Assembly (NCBI GenBank): GCA_966243015.1 | Contig: CBIMES010000001.1 | Location: 1 to 48,597 of the forward strand | Length of the DNA: 48,597 nt | Origin: an uncultured bacterium | Lineage (GTDB): Bacteria > Patescibacteriota > Minisyncoccia > Phycocordibacterales > UBA6065 | Direction: 5' to 3' | Shown here: positions 6,852 to 15,189 of the stretch, piece after piece | Position numbering within the stretch: position 1 is the first letter of the stretch | How the letters are laid out: each line of letters starts with the position of its first letter | Notes under the pieces: model-generated | Told to the model about the DNA's origin: nothing | Databases searched by the model: none | The model's input: the letters and a program-made list of their open reading frames with translations, nothing else | Translations under genes and position numbers: made by a program

Positions 6852-8276
6852 CTAGAGCGCTAGCTTCTTGATGGTCTCCTCGATCATGCCGCGGAAGCCG
6901 TGCGAGCCGAGGAAAGCGACGACGTCGCCCTCCTTCCTGTCCTTGGTTATGAAATCGACTAACGCATTGTCGTTCTCGATGTAATGCGCGTCTGCGTGAG
7001 TTTCTGCGATGGTGTCGCGAAGCTCCTGTCCCTCGAAGGTCTTCTCGGGATTGCTCTCGTCCACCTTGAGCTTGGTGAGGCGTGGAATGACGACGGACGT
7101 GGCGTCCTTGAATGCGTCCGCGTAGGCGGGCTTCGACTGAGGGGTCCTGTTGCCTGAATTTGGTTCGTACACGGCAATTATAGAGCCACCATACGCCTTG
7201 CGAAGGGTGAGGAGCACCGAGCGAACCTTCTCGGCCGAGTGGGCGATGTCGTCGATGACGGTGATCTTATTCTCGTAACGCTTCTCGAGGCGACGCTTCA
7301 TGCCACGGAAGGACTTGATGGCGTCTGTGATGTCGCCTGGGGCGATTCCGATCTCCTTGGCCAAGGCAAAGCATCCCGTGACGTTCTCGGCATTGTAGGC
7401 ACCGAGAAGGGGGGACTCGATGTGATACTCCTTGCCGTGATAGGAAATGGTGAAGGCGATACCGTCCTTGGACTCAGCGACGCTTTCGTAGCGATATGTC
7501 GCGCCTTCGTTCTTGCCGTAGGACACATACTCGCGCCTTGCGTCGGTGAGAAGCTCGACGAGCTTTGCGTTGTCTGAGCAGGCGACGATGAGGCTGTCAG
7601 CGGACGCCCCGCTTTTCGGTACGAGGTTTATAAGGTTGCGGAAGGCGTTGAAGTAATCCTCTTCCTTGGGGTACACGTCTGCGTGGTCCCAGCGCACGGC
7701 CGTCATAAGGAGATGCGTTGGCTTGTAGTGCATGAACTTCGCGCGCTGATCCCACTTTGCTGTGGTGTACTCGTCTCCCTCGGCGACGCTCCAGTCCCCC
7801 TCGTCGATGAGGGCGGAAGGGGTCCCGTCCTGGGTCACGCCACCGATGAGGTACGACGGCCTGAGATTTGCGTGCTTGAGGATATGGGAGAGCAGGGCGG
7901 AAGACGTGGTCTTGCCCCAAGTGCCAGTACAGACGATCGAATGCCTCTGGACGAGGAACTCGCCAACGACCTCGGGGAAGGACTTGAAGGGGATCCCGTG
8001 TTCCTGAACGTAGAGAAGCTCAGGATTCTTTGTGCCGATGGCATTGCCGACGACTACGAAGTCGGGCGCACCGCCCTCAATCATCTTCTCGGGATGGAAG
8101 CCTGGGTAGTAGGGGATGCCGAGGCCTGTGAGGTGGGTTGAGACGGGAGGGAAGAAGCCTGAGTCAGAGCCAGTCACCCTGTAGCCCTTCTGCCAGAGCG
8201 CCGTGGCAACGGCCGACATGGCGACGCCGCAGATACCGATGAAGTGGACTTTCTGATGGGTGGTCGTTTCGTTCAT
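6852..8276 (-). CDS. mpl: Mur ligase family, Mpl-type (UDP-N-acetylmuramate:L-Ala-gamma-D-Glu-DAP ligase-like)
   Basis: 474 aa. VHFIGICGVAMSAVA..GYRVTGSD, P-loop GTWGKTT, and EGDEYTTAKWDQRAKFMHYKP...WDHADVY closely parallel E. coli Mpl (EADEYDCAFFDKRSKFVHYCP...FDHADIF) rather than MurC. Confidence 0.8.
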   Translation of the reverse strand: MNETTTHQKVHFIGICGVAMSAVATALWQKGYRVTGSDSGFFPPVSTHLTGLGIPYYPGFHPEKMIEGGAPDFVVVGNAIGTKNPELLYVQEHGIPFKSFPEVVGEFLVQRHSIVCTGTWGKTTSSALLSHILKHANLRPSYLIGGVTQDGTPSALIDEGDWSVAEGDEYTTAKWDQRAKFMHYKPTHLLMTAVRWDHADVYPKEEDYFNAFRNLINLVPKSGASADSLIVACSDNAKLVELLTDARREYVSYGKNEGATYRYESVAESKDGIAFTISYHGKEYHIESPLLGAYNAENVTGCFALAKEIGIAPGDITDAIKSFRGMKRRLEKRYENKITVIDDIAHSAEKVRSVLLTLRKAYGGSIIAVYEPNSGNRTPQSKPAYADAFKDATSVVIPRLTKLKVDESNPEKTFEGQELRDTIAETHADAHYIENDNALVDFITKDRKEGDVVAFLGSHGFRGMIEETIKKLAL

Positions 8277-8317
8277 AGATAGCGCCTATTGTAAGGCTTT
8301 TGGGGCGCCAAGAGTCA

Positions 8318-8346
8318 TTGACTTAAATAATTTTTGGGTGTATAAT
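8318..8346 (+). promoter_or_regulatory. Near-consensus sigma-70 promoter
   Basis: TTGACT, 17-nt spacer, TATAAT; the -10 ends 15 nt before the ATG at 8362. Confidence 0.6.
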
Positions 8347-8361
8347 TAATAACAGATCCCT

Positions 8362-9105
8362 ATGAAAAAACTAGTTAAGGTTCTTCTCATCGCGGGGTTC
8401 GCCCTGCTCTTCGTGCTGGTCGGTGGCCTCTATGCGGTCCTCCGTCAGCCGACAATCAAAAGCGTGGACGTAAGCCAGAATTCCTGGCTTCCGGTCCATT
8501 TGTATTTAAGGGGTAAGTTTTCGGGAAACGCGACGATGAGGGTCAGCCCAGAGGGTAAGCCTCTCGCCCTCGTCACGGCCGCCCACGTCATCTCCACGTC
8601 GCCAATCAGCCTTTATGAGTGGAAGCTCGTCAGGTCTGACGGAACGTATGCTGAGCATGGGTATGCGCGAGGATTTTCCTCTAAATGCATTCCCACACTC
8701 AAGTCAAACATTTACGCCGACGTGGCGTATTGCGGGCTGGGATTCTCTCCCTCGGGTCTCGTCGTCCCAGACGAAATGTGGAGGGAGCTCTCGGATAGGC
8801 CTAATCTCACAGGAGACAGCGTTCCTGTGCCCCTTCGCGTAAGATCTGGTTTTTCGGGAAGGGAGGCCAAGGTCGCCGGTTTCTTCGTGGTTGACGAGAG
8901 GCTCTATTTCGTCATTCTCTACGAGGCTGAATCCGGAGAGAGCGGCGAGAGTTTCTTCGACCCCAAGAGTGGCGCGCTTCTGGTCCTTAATGGCACCCTG
9001 CCGGCAAGTGATCAATTCAGGGAGAACTTTCGAGTGCCCCCTGATATGAGCCGAATCACCCTTGCGACACCGGTTCACTTCAACATGAAGCGTGAGCGCG
9101 GTTAG
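8362..9105 (+). CDS. Membrane-anchored trypsin-like (S1/chymotrypsin-fold) serine protease candidate
   Basis: 247 aa. N-terminal TM helix, then VTAAHVI (His), YADVAY (Asp) and ESGESGESFF (Ser) in the order of the catalytic triad. Confidence 0.5.
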   Translation: MKKLVKVLLIAGFALLFVLVGGLYAVLRQPTIKSVDVSQNSWLPVHLYLRGKFSGNATMRVSPEGKPLALVTAAHVISTSPISLYEWKLVRSDGTYAEHGYARGFSSKCIPTLKSNIYADVAYCGLGFSPSGLVVPDEMWRELSDRPNLTGDSVPVPLRVRSGFSGREAKVAGFFVVDERLYFVILYEAESGESGESFFDPKSGALLVLNGTLPASDQFRENFRVPPDMSRITLATPVHFNMKRERG

Positions 9106-9131
9106 CCAGCGTTTGTCCCTCAGGGGACTTC

Positions 9132-9159
9132 AGCCGGAGGAGAGATCCTCCGGCTTTTT
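9132..9159 (+). terminator. Intrinsic terminator
   Basis: AGCCGGAGGA-GAGA-TCCTCCGGCT followed by TTTT. Confidence 0.7.
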
Positions 9160-9186
9160 ATTTCAAGGGATGTGCCGAGGCGCTGG

Positions 9187-9609
9187 CTACTCGTGATGGT
9201 ATTTCTCGTTCCTGAGAATGGTGAAGGCGCGGTAGAGCTGCTCGAGGAAGATGACGCGCACGAGGTCGTGGGGAAAGGTCATCTTCGAGAGGGCGATCTG
9301 CCCGTCGGCCATGTCGCGCACTGCCTGCGAGAAGCCGAAGGGCCCGCCGACGACGAAGGCGAGGCTCTTGGGTGACATGACGAGCTGCTTGTCGAGAAAC
9401 TGGCTGAACTCGACCGAGCCGTACTCGCGGCCGTGCTCGTCGAGGAGGAAGACGCGCTCGAACTTGTCGAGCACCTTCTCGAGGCTCTCATCGGAGGTCT
9501 CGACGAACTCGAACTGATTGTACCTGCCGATGCGTTTTGCGTAGTCGGCGATGGGGTCGCGCAGGGGCGCTACGTTCGTCTTGCCGACCGTGACGAGAGC
9601 GATTTTCAT
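9187..9609 (-). CDS. rlmH: 23S rRNA (pseudouridine1915-N3)-methyltransferase, SPOUT family
   Basis: 140 aa. MKIALVTVGK start, LLDEHGRE and FVVGGPFG motifs typical of RlmH. Confidence 0.85.
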   Translation of the reverse strand: MKIALVTVGKTNVAPLRDPIADYAKRIGRYNQFEFVETSDESLEKVLDKFERVFLLDEHGREYGSVEFSQFLDKQLVMSPKSLAFVVGGPFGFSQAVRDMADGQIALSKMTFPHDLVRVIFLEQLYRAFTILRNEKYHHE

Positions 9610-9611
9610 AT

Positions 9612-10283
9612 TTATTTTAGGATCTGTTTAAGTTCTTCTGCGTCCACGCGCCACCTCTCTCCGTCGAACCACTCGCCGCCGCGGAACTGAAGCTTGTAGG
9701 TGTCAGACGGGCGCTGAAGCGAGCCGAGATAGGCGTACTTTACGCCCGCGCCCTCGTTCGCCTGAGTCTTTGCCCAGTCGATCGCCTTGAGCATCATACC
9801 GAGGCCGCGGGACGGCTCGCTCGGGTCGGTCACGTAGAACGGGTAGCTGTAGTGGAATATGCCCGAATCGAGGTAGCAGATGGCGTGACCCACCGGCATG
9901 CCCGTGCGTGTGTCGGTATAGGTGAGAAGGAGGTTAAAGTTGCCCTCGGTCTCGCTTGTGAGAAGCTCCTTTACCTTGTTGGCGCTGAAGTCTGCGCCGT
10001 GTGCGTCGTAGAAGTCCTTGGCGAGTTTTCCTATCTCCCAGGAGTATTCTCCTGTCTTGAGGGGGAGCGTGCGGGCGGAGAGGGTGAGGTACTCGCTTTT
10101 GCGTGAGACACGGCGGTTCTCGCTTGAAGGGAGGAATTCTGAGAGGTTCACACGAAAGCTGCGCGTCTTGTTCATGACGCCCCTGCCGACGCGGGTGAAG
10201 ACGTACCCTGCGTCATAGAGCGCGCCCACGGCCTCCGGCGAGAAATCGCTCGTTATCTTGGTGTCCCAGTTAAGGTATGCCAT
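9612..10283 (-). CDS. Aminoacyl-tRNA--protein transferase family (ATE/Bpt-like)
   Basis: ORF track frame to 10301 (GTG); first ATG at 10283. Motifs GYVFTRVGRG, RVNLSEFLPSSENRRVSRK and YLGSLQRPSDTYKLQF..EWFDG resemble arginyl/leucyl transferase (ATE_N/ATE_C) blocks. Confidence 0.65.
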   Translation of the reverse strand: MAYLNWDTKITSDFSPEAVGALYDAGYVFTRVGRGVMNKTRSFRVNLSEFLPSSENRRVSRKSEYLTLSARTLPLKTGEYSWEIGKLAKDFYDAHGADFSANKVKELLTSETEGNFNLLLTYTDTRTGMPVGHAICYLDSGIFHYSYPFYVTDPSEPSRGLGMMLKAIDWAKTQANEGAGVKYAYLGSLQRPSDTYKLQFRGGEWFDGERWRVDAEELKQILK

Positions 10284-10360
10284 ATGGGTATTAAGGTACA
10301 CCGCGCCTTGGCGTAAGGCAAACGGTGGGGTAGTATCGACCCTAGATACTCTTTACCATC

Positions 10361-11050
10361 ATGAAAACACGTTCCAGCGTTGTTTCTTGGGACCACGGGG
10401 TCCCGAGCATTCCAGAAAGTGCCAGGGGTCTTCTCACGGATCTCTGTTTCGCCGATGACGACGTTATTGGCGGTAAGGTTGATACTATTGTTGTGTGTGG
10501 GGGTCAGTATGATTTGGGGAAGATGGCCGGCCTCGTCAAGAGGACCATCAGGGAGACGAACCCCGTCTGCCTCATCGTGACGGGCGGATCAAAGATGTCA
10601 GGGGCGGGGATATACGAGGGTCTGCCGGAGTCTCGTGCGCTCGCCGTGTTCCTTGCTGGGAACTCTCTGCCGCCGGGCTCTATCTTCATCGAGGAAGCGT
10701 CGACCGATTTCAGCGACGCCGTCGGGAGGGCGGTCAAGCTGCGTCCTCCCATGGTGATCGCGAAATCAGTTGTTGTCGTGTCGCCGGCCCATGTAAGTCG
10801 TCGGGCGGGACTCGTTCTCGGGGGCAGGCTTCCCGGCAGTGTTCTGGTGCATCACCGATCCTGTTCCGTTCAGCCTCCACAGGGGTGCCCTCCGATCATG
10901 CGAAGGAACTGGTGGGGTCACCCGTTCAGCAGGTCGTTGGTGTGGCGGGAGTTCCTCGAGCTCGAGCGCCTCCTGGCGACGGACAGGGTCACGTGTCCTG
11001 ACGACTTGAGGTTCAAGGTGGGGAACATACGTTCCATTGTGTCGAGGTGA
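10361..11050 (+). CDS. DUF218 / YdcF (ElyC)-like domain protein
   Basis: 229 aa. IVVCGG, IEEASTDFSDAV and VVVSPAHVSRRA follow the DUF218 pattern (xVVLGG / E..S.nT.eN / vT..yHm.Ra). Confidence 0.6.
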   Translation: MKTRSSVVSWDHGVPSIPESARGLLTDLCFADDDVIGGKVDTIVVCGGQYDLGKMAGLVKRTIRETNPVCLIVTGGSKMSGAGIYEGLPESRALAVFLAGNSLPPGSIFIEEASTDFSDAVGRAVKLRPPMVIAKSVVVVSPAHVSRRAGLVLGGRLPGSVLVHHRSCSVQPPQGCPPIMRRNWWGHPFSRSLVWREFLELERLLATDRVTCPDDLRFKVGNIRSIVSR

Positions 11051-11064
11051 CGGGACGTAAAAGC

Positions 11065-11094
11065 AAGGCGGTGGCACTCGTGCCACCGCCTTTT
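11065..11094. terminator. Bidirectional terminator between convergent genes
   Basis: AAGGCGGTGGCA-CTCG-TGCCACCGCCTT followed by TT. Confidence 0.7.
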
Positions 11095-11118
11095 ACTTTG
11101 CCGCAATCGTCTTGTCTT

Positions 11119-12231
11119 CTAGTGGAGGCCGATCCAGACGCCGAGGATGACGAAGCCGAGGTGAATGATCCAGAGGCGCATGATGGTCTTCTCCTCGCTC
11201 CAGCCCATGAGCTCGAGATGGTGGTGTATCGGTGCCATGCGGAGGATGCGGCGGCCGAACGCATGTCGGGCGATCGCCTGGGCGATTACGGAGGCTGCCT
11301 CGGCGTAGAACATGAAGGCTATGAAGGGGAGGATCGCCATGCTGTTCGTGGCGAGGGCGTTGATGGCGAGCAGTCCGCCGAGGCCGAGCGATCCCACGTC
11401 TCCCATCTGGAAGCGCGCGGGCTTCACATTGAAGTAGGTGTAGGCAACGAGCGATCCCGCCGTGACGGCATTGAGGATGGCGAGTGAGTCGTACCCGAAG
11501 ACCCACGAGAGGAAGGAGAGGGCGCCGAAGGTCGGGATGAGCATGCCGCCAGCGAGCCCGTCCATACCGTCAGAGATGTTCACTGCGTTCGCCGTGAACA
11601 TGACCACGAGGATGATGAGGGGGACGATGAAAATGCCCAGGTCGACGAAGCCGAGAAAGGGAACGTAGAGGTCCTGCCAGGTTGATCCGAGCTTCCAGTA
11701 GATCCACCATGCCGAGACGGCGCCCGCCGCGAGCTGGAGGAGAAGCTTCTCGTGCACGAGTACGCCGCGTCGCTGCTTCGAGCCGAAGACGGTGGTGATC
11801 CTCTTGATGACAGTCCAGGGCAGGGTGACGGCGAGCCAGACGCGCACGTACCAGAGGTTGTGAACCCTCATGAGCTTCACGGTCTGCGAGAGGCTGCGCT
11901 GCCTGCGGACTGATCCGAAGACGTTGAGGAGGTCGTCAATCGCACCGAGGAGGGCGGAGAGGAGCATCACGCCGACGGGGACCCAGGTGAAGGCGCGGTC
12001 CCAGTTGAAGAGGTAGGTGAAGAGGGCGACGCAACCAATGACGAGCAGGCCTCCCATGATAGGAGTATTCGCCTTGTCCTGACGGCCCTCGAGGGTGAGG
12101 GTGTGGTCTCCCTCGTTCTTCCGCACGATGCCTGTGCGGGCGAGCGAGCGGATAAGAAGAGGTGCGACGCACAGACTCGCGAGGCAGGCGAGGAGGGAGG
12201 AGCCGAAGATGACAGACAGTGTTTCGAGCAT
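11119..12231 (-). CDS. mraY: Phospho-N-acetylmuramoyl-pentapeptide transferase
   Basis: 370 aa polytopic membrane protein with TPIMGG, NAVNISDGMDGLAGG and the C-terminal PIHHHLE motif. Confidence 0.93.
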   Translation of the reverse strand: MLETLSVIFGSSLLACLASLCVAPLLIRSLARTGIVRKNEGDHTLTLEGRQDKANTPIMGGLLVIGCVALFTYLFNWDRAFTWVPVGVMLLSALLGAIDDLLNVFGSVRRQRSLSQTVKLMRVHNLWYVRVWLAVTLPWTVIKRITTVFGSKQRRGVLVHEKLLLQLAAGAVSAWWIYWKLGSTWQDLYVPFLGFVDLGIFIVPLIILVVMFTANAVNISDGMDGLAGGMLIPTFGALSFLSWVFGYDSLAILNAVTAGSLVAYTYFNVKPARFQMGDVGSLGLGGLLAINALATNSMAILPFIAFMFYAEAASVIAQAIARHAFGRRILRMAPIHHHLELMGWSEEKTIMRLWIIHLGFVILGVWIGLH

Positions 12232-12241
12232 GGTGCGAGTA

Positions 12242-13021
12242 TTATTCCATAAAAGCCCTCAGCCGACGAACCGTGACCTCGCGGGCGTCGAGGGCGGTTT
12301 GGTGGGTGTGGTTCGTTGGGCCGATCTCGCCCTTCTCCTTCCAGGTTCCACCGAGCAGGTTATCACCGTGGACGATGATGTCTCCCTCGCGCACGCCGTG
12401 GTCGTAGCGGCCGTCAGAGGGCCAGGCGTACGAGTGAGCATAGGAGAGGCGGGTGCCGCCCTCGGTTCTCTCTACCGAGGTGATAACGAGGATGTGGTTG
12501 TAGGTCTTCTCTGGGCCCGTGCCCATGATAGACACGAAGTCGCCGGCCTTCGCCTCTGACGCGCCTATGGGCGCGCTGTTCCTCTCGCTCGAGAAGGTTG
12601 CAACACCGACGTTCTCGGCCGGCCTGAGGCGGGCGATGATTTTTCCGAGGAAGCCCTTTCGGTTGGTGTGTATCTTCGAGGCAAGGCTCTTACCGCGTCG
12701 CTCGGCGAGCGCGGCCGTGAGCACGTGGAAGGCAAAGCCGGAGCAGTCTACGCCCAGGTCCTCGCTCACGAGGAATTCCTTGAGCTTGTCGGTCGAGAGG
12801 GAGTTGATACTGATGCGCTTCTTGAGGGCGCATATCTCTGCCTCCTCTGCTATGTCCTCGGGTGTCCCTTTGCCGACGAGCACGCGGAGGCCGCTCTTGC
12901 CGCCGCGTCTTCGGTTGTTGAAGTAGGGGCACGAGGGCTTGGTGCCGACGGGCAGGGAAAGGTAGCGGTCGATGACCGCTCGGGCGCTCGCCTCGATGGT
13001 GTCGGGGGTTACCTGATGCAT
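12242..13021 (-). CDS. NlpC/P60-like (papain-fold) cysteine peptidase/amidase candidate
   Basis: 259 aa. GVDCSGFAFHV (catalytic Cys motif) and GDFVSI...YNHILVITSV (His motif). The start overlaps the upstream ATP-grasp stop by 13 nt. Confidence 0.55.
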   Translation of the reverse strand: MHQVTPDTIEASARAVIDRYLSLPVGTKPSCPYFNNRRRGGKSGLRVLVGKGTPEDIAEEAEICALKKRISINSLSTDKLKEFLVSEDLGVDCSGFAFHVLTAALAERRGKSLASKIHTNRKGFLGKIIARLRPAENVGVATFSSERNSAPIGASEAKAGDFVSIMGTGPEKTYNHILVITSVERTEGGTRLSYAHSYAWPSDGRYDHGVREGDIIVHGDNLLGGTWKEKGEIGPTNHTHQTALDAREVTVRRLRAFME

Positions 13022-14196
13022 GATCGTATGAGTTCGCCTCGCTCGCCGAGGATATTGTGTCCCTTCATTATACCCCTCTCCGACTGTATGCGGAAAAGCT
13101 CCTTGTTGTGTTCGGTGTTGCCGTACGCGGTCACGGTAAGGCTCTGTGACTCGAGGCCCGCGACATTGACCGCGTGCGGAATTTCAGTGACTCGCTGAAC
13201 AATCTGGGCGCCGTCGCGGATGATGCGAAAGTTGGTGTCGTCGACCGCCTGGCCGGTGAGGGCGGCGAGGTGAATCTCGAATATGGTGGGAGACATGCCG
13301 AGCCTTGTTTGAAGTTGTGACTCAAAAGTGGTCGAGGCGGGCTGGCGAGCGTTAATCTCGAGGAGGAATATCTCGCGAGTGAGTGAGTCCTGTACGACAT
13401 CGATGCCGAAGAGGCCTCGCCAGCCGTCGCGCCTCAGTCTCTCGCCGACGGTGCGGGCGATGTGGCGGATTCTGCCGAGCTCGTCCTCAGAGAGGCTGTC
13501 GTGCGGAAGACTCCAGTCATTGCCGATGGTCGAGAAGGGCAGGTCGGTGAAGGGCTTGAGACCGGTGATCTGGTAGCTGATCGAGCCGACGATGACGCCT
13601 GCCTCGGTCACGACTGAATTAACGGTGAATACCGGCCCGTCGACGAACTCGACGACGCGGCACTCGCGCTCGGGGAATTTGGCCCTGAACTCGTCGAGAG
13701 CGGCTGCCGTCTCGATGATGAAGGTTCCCTGGCCGGTGTGCGAGTGGTTGAACTGAAGGACGAACTTCTCTCCCTCGAAATTCACGTCCTTCACCGTCGT
13801 TACGGCATGCGGGGGCAGGAGCATTGCGTCGTCGTTGAGCCAGCTGACCTGTGACACCTTCTCTTCGACGCGCTTGGCGAGGTCTGCGAACGGGTTGACG
13901 AGTCTCCACTCGCGCTCGGCGGCGAGTCGCTCGATGCGCGGCGTGTTCTGAAAGACGACGATGTTGGCTTTGAGGGTGTCGATGGTCTGGGCGACCTGGG
14001 GTAGGTAGAGAAGGTCGAAGGTATCGAGCGTTCCGCGCGCATCCTTAATGAGGATGACGTTGTCGCCGTGCCTCTTCTGCGCCGCCTGACCCTGAGGGGT
14101 GTCGTTGGTGATGATGAAGTAGTTGCCCCCCGGCTCCATGCCCAAAGCTCGCTCAATGTCGCGAGTTATGTAGACAATTGGCCGTTTTTTATCCAT
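13009..14196 (-). CDS. ATP-grasp fold ligase, substrate unknown
   Basis: ORF track frame to 14214; the second ATG at 14196 is preferred. WRGLFGIDVV...IFLLEINARQPAST is a typical ATP-grasp C-terminal Mg/ATP motif, preceded by a Rossmann-like N-domain. Confidence 0.7.
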   Translation of the reverse strand: MDKKRPIVYITRDIERALGMEPGGNYFIITNDTPQGQAAQKRHGDNVILIKDARGTLDTFDLLYLPQVAQTIDTLKANIVVFQNTPRIERLAAEREWRLVNPFADLAKRVEEKVSQVSWLNDDAMLLPPHAVTTVKDVNFEGEKFVLQFNHSHTGQGTFIIETAAALDEFRAKFPERECRVVEFVDGPVFTVNSVVTEAGVIVGSISYQITGLKPFTDLPFSTIGNDWSLPHDSLSEDELGRIRHIARTVGERLRRDGWRGLFGIDVVQDSLTREIFLLEINARQPASTTFESQLQTRLGMSPTIFEIHLAALTGQAVDDTNFRIIRDGAQIVQRVTEIPHAVNVAGLESQSLTVTAYGNTEHNKELFRIQSERGIMKGHNILGERGELIRSCIR

Positions 14197-14212
14197 AATC
14201 GTCCATATTACC

Positions 14213-14881
14213 ATGAGTACGCTCTATATAGTGGCTACGCCGATTGGAAACCTCGAAGACATCACGCTTCGGGCTTTGCGCGTGCTTGGCGAGGTGTCAG
14301 TCATCTTCTGCGAGGATACGCGCACGACGCACGTGCTCCTGAATAAGTACGACATCAAGACGCCGACCGAGAGCTTCCATTCGCAGAGCCCGCTCTCGAA
14401 GATGGATCGCATCCGGGCCCTGCTCGAGGAGGGCAGGGACATTGCTCTCGTGTCCGACGCAGGTACGCCGGGAATCTCTGACCCGGGAATGCTGCTCGTC
14501 TCCGAAATTCGCTCGCGACTGCCGGAAGTTTCCGTCATCGCTATTCCGGGAGCGTCGGCGCTTACCGCCGCGATTTCTGTCGCGGGCAAGCCACTTCACG
14601 AGTTCACCTTCCTCGGCTTCCTGCCGCACAAGAAGGGAAGGCAGACTCTGTTTGAGGAGATTAAGGCGAGCGAGCGCCCGTTCGTGTTCTACGAATCGCC
14701 CCATCGCATCGAGAAGACCCTCGAGTCGCTCAAGGGCTCGGGCAAGGTCGTGACTATCCTCCGCGAAATCACCAAGGTCTACGAGTCGTACGTTTCCGGC
14801 ACGGCCGAGGAGGTTCTTGAGTCCTTCATCAAGAACCCGGAGACCCTGCGCGGCGAGTTTGTCGTCATCGTCAATAATTAG
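14213..14881 (+). CDS. rsmI: 16S rRNA (cytidine1402-2'-O)-methyltransferase
   Basis: 222 aa. LYIVATPIGNLEDITLRALRVL..FCEDTR..LVSDAGTPGISDPG motifs. Confidence 0.9.
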   Translation: MSTLYIVATPIGNLEDITLRALRVLGEVSVIFCEDTRTTHVLLNKYDIKTPTESFHSQSPLSKMDRIRALLEEGRDIALVSDAGTPGISDPGMLLVSEIRSRLPEVSVIAIPGASALTAAISVAGKPLHEFTFLGFLPHKKGRQTLFEEIKASERPFVFYESPHRIEKTLESLKGSGKVVTILREITKVYESYVSGTAEEVLESFIKNPETLRGEFVVIVNN

Positions 14882-14897
14882 GTATAATCGTCTCACC

Positions 14898-15056
14898 ATG
14901 AAATACAGGAACATCATCATCGCCCTCGGTTTTGTCACGGCTATTCTCTCGTTCCTCGGCATTCCTCGCTCGTGGAAGGAGATTGCCTTTGTGCTTGTCG
15001 GCGGCGCCATTGTCGCGCTCGCGTATCTCTCGGGTCTCGGCCAGAGACACCCATAA
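14898..15056 (+). CDS. Small two-helix membrane protein (52 aa)
   Basis: Internal ATG of ORF 14817..15056: MKYRNIIIALGFVTAILSFLG...VLVGGAIVALAYL. TATAAT at 14883-14888 lies 9 nt upstream of the ATG. Confidence 0.45.
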   Translation: MKYRNIIIALGFVTAILSFLGIPRSWKEIAFVLVGGAIVALAYLSGLGQRHP

Positions 15057-15189
15057 ATACGAGCCTCTTGTCAGGGCGGAAAAGGACCGTCTCCGAAGAG
15101 GGTGGTTCTTGCTTTTGTCTGTATGGTGTGATATAATTGATAGCGAAAACCAACCACAACAACTGATATAAAAGGAGGTCCTTTAAAAC

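Noticed and set aside
15170-15189. AAGGAGG upstream of 15190 as evidence for normal SD usage
   Set aside because: It is the single strong SD-like motif among about 45 starts. It sits 11 nt from the ATG, longer than optimal spacing, and is embedded in the hairpin AAAGGAGGTCCTTT. It does not outweigh the missing CCUCC in the 16S tail, though it is kept as a caveat.
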